From Nitrosopumilus sp. (GTDB lineage: Archaea > Thermoproteota > Nitrososphaeria > Nitrososphaerales > Nitrosopumilaceae), in contig OZ240211.1 of NCBI GenBank assembly GCA_965197525.1, positions 1,280,001-1,344,000 on the forward strand: a DNA stretch of 64,000 bases, in the 5' to 3' direction. Below are positions 60,056-64,000 of the stretch, piece after piece (within the stretch, counting starts at the first letter, position 1; every line of letters starts with the position of its first letter). The position numbers and the translations under genes are program-made. The notes under the pieces were generated by a model that was not told where the DNA came from, made no database searches, and saw nothing but the letters and a program-made list of their open reading frames with translations.

Positions 60056-60660
60056 TTTTTTATTTCCAAGCAAGATATAGATTTTAATTTTTTAATTATT
60101 CAATCTACACACAATAACCATATCCAATCTTGATCCCAAAAACTGATCTATCAAATCGCAAACTCTAATAATAATTTCTCATCTATAGTATTATGATAAG
60201 CCAATTCTATTATTATTGTTTTGAAATTAACGATCATGTGTATAAAATAAAAAATATATTTGGAGATGGAAAACAACGACTGGCATCAAGACACCATACT
60301 TTAATTCAACACAATAATATCAAACTGTTTCAATTCCCAAATAATGATTTTTACTAGTTTTTGGTCGCAAAGTACAAATCTGTAGTCTTGGTTCTATTAC
60401 CACAATCATCATCATCTCAATAATGTGATTAATAATCATTGATGGTCATTACAACCATTCACTTTCCACGAAAGTTTTACGCCGTACTTCAAATTAAAAA
60501 ACAGATTGATTTACGCCTAAAATTAACTACATCGCACATAGTAAAACTACAGATAAGAAAGCCATTCTGTCTAACATAATACTACGATTATCTAAACATC
60601 AAACATATTGGTTTAAGAGGATAGTATTTTTGTATCAGTTTATAAAATTTATAAAATAGG

Positions 60661-60751
60661 TAGTGTGTTTCATAACCCTCTTAGTTATGCCCAGACGGTT
60701 GCTAGGTGGCAGGTATTTCGCGCATATGATTTAGAGTTATGAAACACACTA
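60661..60751. mobile_element. 91-bp MITE
   Basis: Perfect 16-bp TIR TAGTGTGTTTCATAAC / GTTATGAAACACACTA; direct repeat AAAATAGG at 60653-60660 and 60752-60759. Confidence 0.85.
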
Positions 60752-60791
60752 AAAATAGGATAATTTTTATCACAGCGTTTAGTTCGAAATA

Positions 60792-61544
60792 TTGAATTTG
60801 ACTTTTGAAGCAAAAACAAACGGCTCAGATGATCTAAAAGCTATCATATCTGCCATATCTACCCTAGTTGAAGAAGCCACCTTTGTTGCAACATCTGAAG
60901 GAATTACGTTTAGAGGCATGGATCCATCTCATGTTGCCTTGATTGATATATCATGGCCTAATTCGGCATTTGAAAAGTATCAATGTGACAGTGATGTTCA
61001 ATTTGGAGTACGAATAGATGAATTTTCAAAACTTATCAAACGCGCAGATAAAAAAGACAGTATTGAGATCAGCATCTCTGATGACAATTTGTTGCTTGTA
61101 TCAGTTGGAAAGAATAAAAAATACAAGATACGGTTAATTGAAAGCAGTGCAACTGACACTCCATTACCAAAAATCTCCTACGAGTCTAAAATTGTTTTAT
61201 CACCAGCAAAATTTGATAAAATTCTAGGTGATGTTCAAGTCGTATCTGAATATCTTACCATTAATACCGTTAAATCAAACGGTAGTTTTTCAGGAAAAGG
61301 TGACTTTGGTGAAGTCACAATTGATCTAGAAAAAGATGATAAGGATATTGACGAGATCTCTTCAAAAGAAGACAGCACTGGCACCTACAGCCTTGAATAT
61401 CTAAACCCAGTCGTCAAAGCAGTAGGATCAAAGGCAGGTTTTGTCACATGCGAATTTTCAGATGCAAAACCTCTCAGAGTTGAATTTAAAGTCGCAAATA
61501 TTGGCAGAATTCACTTTTACCTTGCTCCGCGTGTCGAAAGTTAA
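60792..61544 (+). CDS. pcn: PCNA sliding clamp
   Basis: FRGMDPSHVALIDI, YSLEYL, PLRVEF, FYLAPRVE. Confidence 0.97.
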   Translation: MNLTFEAKTNGSDDLKAIISAISTLVEEATFVATSEGITFRGMDPSHVALIDISWPNSAFEKYQCDSDVQFGVRIDEFSKLIKRADKKDSIEISISDDNLLLVSVGKNKKYKIRLIESSATDTPLPKISYESKIVLSPAKFDKILGDVQVVSEYLTINTVKSNGSFSGKGDFGEVTIDLEKDDKDIDEISSKEDSTGTYSLEYLNPVVKAVGSKAGFVTCEFSDAKPLRVEFKVANIGRIHFYLAPRVES

Positions 61545-61579
61545 AGTATTTAACGATTGATTAATTTAGTTGATCTGAA

Positions 61580-62986
61580 GTGAGACTTGTAATTAAATAT
61601 GGTGGAACGTCAGTCTCTTCTACAAAGGACATTCATGCCATTACAAAATACATTTACCTATTATCCAAAAAAAATCAAATTCTAGTTGTGTGTTCTGCTA
61701 TAACTGAAACAACAGATGATCTCTTAGCAATTTCAGATTCTATTAAGAATGAAGATAAAGCGAAAACCAAACTACTCACATCAAGGATTATTGCAAAACA
61801 CAAACTATTAGCAAAAAAAACCATCAAAAAACCAAGCATGCTAAAAAAATTACTAGTACAACTAGATCGAGATTTTACTGAATTAGTTGCTTTAATTGAC
61901 GGCATGATCTTACTTGGTGAAGTTACGTCAAGATCAATGGATTATCTACTATCGTTTGGGGAACGGCTATCGACCAAATTAGTTTCAGCAGCAATTAATG
62001 ATTTAGGTAAGAAATCAATCTCTCTTACTGGCAAGGACGTAGGAATTATTACTGATTCTAATTTTGGACGAGCTCAACCCCTACTTGATACAACAAAACT
62101 GAGGGTATCAAAAGTTGTTAATGATTTATTTTCAAAGAAAATAATTCCTGTTGTTGGCGGCTTTGCAGGCTCTGATCAACACGGTCATGTAACTACATTT
62201 GGCAGAGGCGGCTCTGATTATTCTGCCTCAATTATTGGTTCTTGTATTAAAGCAAACGAGATCTGGCTGATGAGTGATGTCGACGGTCTAATGACTGCTG
62301 ATCCAAATATCGTAAAAAACGCAAAGCTACTTCCAGAAGTTTCGTATGTTGAGGCAATTGAAATGGCATTATTTGGAGCCAAACAGATACACCCACGAAC
62401 GTTTGAGCCACTACTTGAAAAAAAGATTCCTATGAGAATTAGAAGTTCATTTAACACAGACAATGAAGGAACACTAGTTACTGAATCTACATCATCTAAC
62501 TCTATTAAAAATCCTGTAAAATGTGTAAGTAGTATTCAAAATAATGGGTTAATTGACATTAGGGGTGGAAGTATGGTGGGAACTCCTGGCACTGCTGCCA
62601 AGATATTTGCCACATTAGCAAGAGCTGGAATTAATGTGATGATGATCTCCCAGAATCCTTCTGAATCAAGTATTACCATTGTAGTCAAGAATAATGATCT
62701 TGACAACGCAATTACAGCATTAGAGTTGGAATTGTTAGGCAAGATCATTAAAAAACTAGAGGTTACGACAAATGTTGCAGTTATTGCATTGATTGGTTCA
62801 GGAATGCGTGGGACAGTAGGCGTTGCCTCAAAAGTATTTAGCGCAATTGAGAAACATCACGTTAATGTCTCAATGATTACTCAAGGTTCTTCTGAACTTA
62901 ATCTGGCATTTATAGTCAAAAACACTGACACAATTGCTTCTGTAAAAGCACTACATAACGCATTTGATCTTGATAAAATCAATTAA
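61580..62986 (+). CDS. lysC: Aspartate kinase
   Basis: KYGGTS, FGERLS, TFGRGGSDYSA, SDVDGLMTADP, two ACT domains. Confidence 0.96.
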   Translation: MRLVIKYGGTSVSSTKDIHAITKYIYLLSKKNQILVVCSAITETTDDLLAISDSIKNEDKAKTKLLTSRIIAKHKLLAKKTIKKPSMLKKLLVQLDRDFTELVALIDGMILLGEVTSRSMDYLLSFGERLSTKLVSAAINDLGKKSISLTGKDVGIITDSNFGRAQPLLDTTKLRVSKVVNDLFSKKIIPVVGGFAGSDQHGHVTTFGRGGSDYSASIIGSCIKANEIWLMSDVDGLMTADPNIVKNAKLLPEVSYVEAIEMALFGAKQIHPRTFEPLLEKKIPMRIRSSFNTDNEGTLVTESTSSNSIKNPVKCVSSIQNNGLIDIRGGSMVGTPGTAAKIFATLARAGINVMMISQNPSESSITIVVKNNDLDNAITALELELLGKIIKKLEVTTNVAVIALIGSGMRGTVGVASKVFSAIEKHHVNVSMITQGSSELNLAFIVKNTDTIASVKALHNAFDLDKIN

Positions 62987-63026
62987 AACAAATGATTTAA
63001 AGGCAAAAAAATTTTACGTATCTGCA

Positions 63027-64000
63027 ATGAAGAAATTCTTAGCTGTTTTAGTTGGCATATCTATTATAACTAGTCTACTTTACGTGTCAACAACATCCGA
63101 TCAATTCGTTAATGCTGGTTCAACAAAAAAGTTCCATTTTACAGATACTGTTACATCTACCTTTGATCCGGGACAAGGACACGAGAGTCACCAAATTGCA
63201 TTTATCCTATCCCCAAACGAGGGAACCATCTATGACGGTTCTATAACATTTGCTTCAAGCAAACCGATTCAAATTGCCGTTTTCCATGAAATTCTTCCGA
63301 ACGAGAGAATCGGTCAACCCACATGGAGTGTGGATGGGGAAACTATTTACGGATTTTCCTTGATTGATTTACAACAGCGTGCAGGTTCTCTGGAATTTAC
63401 TGGAGCTGCACTTGCGTTACATGTTGCTAATTCCGATGAGTTTACTGCGACTGTAAGTGTTGATGGTTGGATTCGTGGCCAACCTGCTGACATAATATTA
63501 CAAAAAACCGAGCATCAAATTGAAGAACCCTCTTTTGCACTATCTAGAACCAGCATTCCAGTTACAATTCCGATGCATAAGGGGGTTTATGAAAGTGGGC
63601 AAATTTTGTATATTATAACTGATGGGAGTGATGCAGACTATGCAAAAACTTTATCAGAAAAACAACAATGGAACGTAGAGACATCAACCGTACTTGCAGA
63701 CGTGCCAGAGGACATACTCGGACAAATGTTTGTTTTTACAAATGGGATTAGAGGCGATGGAATCTATGGATTCCAAGACGAAGTGTTTTCCAGCACTCCA
63801 TCACAAGAGTCTGAATACAGTGCACTTCATTCCGTAATTGAAGTTTCATGGAAGACGGGTCAAAGAGAGAGTGTCTTTGAATCGGCAGCTGATATAATTG
63901 CTGCAGAAGAGTCTGGCAGAATTAATTTTAATCAAACTGGGGTTATTCTTAACACACCTCAAATCATTTGGCCGGATAGCCAAATGATGGTACGTGAAGA
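63027..64000 (+). CDS. Secreted hypothetical protein (partial, runs off window)
   Basis: ATG 63027 MKKFLAVLVGISIITSLLYV signal peptide; open to the window end; later IPMHKGVY..LYIITDGSD..FVFTNGI..YSAL. Missing from the ORF track because there is no stop. Confidence 0.8.
   Translation, partial: MKKFLAVLVGISIITSLLYVSTTSDQFVNAGSTKKFHFTDTVTSTFDPGQGHESHQIAFILSPNEGTIYDGSITFASSKPIQIAVFHEILPNERIGQPTWSVDGETIYGFSLIDLQQRAGSLEFTGAALALHVANSDEFTATVSVDGWIRGQPADIILQKTEHQIEEPSFALSRTSIPVTIPMHKGVYESGQILYIITDGSDADYAKTLSEKQQWNVETSTVLADVPEDILGQMFVFTNGIRGDGIYGFQDEVFSSTPSQESEYSALHSVIEVSWKTGQRESVFESAADIIAAEESGRINFNQTGVILNTPQIIWPDSQMMVRE

Overview
AT-rich chromosomal segment of a Nitrosopumilaceae-type thaumarchaeon (ammonia-oxidising archaeon). 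The assignment rests on archaeal CoA genes (PoK/PPS), PolD DP1/DP2, Cdc6, GINS, aCPSF1, thermosome, GGGP synthase, and PEF-CTERM and CFI-box-CTERM proteins; no database search was run. Most of the window is housekeeping. It contains the likely replication origin (ORB repeats at about 38.3-38.5 kb upstream of cdc6) and two tRNAs, one with a D-loop intron. Main result: a solo tnpB-like RuvC nuclease gene fills a non-autonomous element (50018-52960) bounded by 25-bp imperfect terminal inverted repeats and an 8-bp target-site duplication. These are DDE-transposon-type ends, not IS200/IS605 or IS607 ends. The gene has been split by an intact ISH3-type IS (18-bp TIRs, 5-bp TSD) and by a 1-nt frameshift; removing both gives one 522-aa reading frame with all three RuvC acidic residues. 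Also found: a 91-bp MITE at the PCNA promoter, an unannotated 43-aa metallothionein-like ORF, several other microproteins missing from the ORF track, two divergent secreted proteins (one an S1 protease) that share an N-terminal helical module, a 19-bp palindromic operator upstream of a ferredoxin, and an apparently inverted GC skew at the origin. No CRISPR array was seen.
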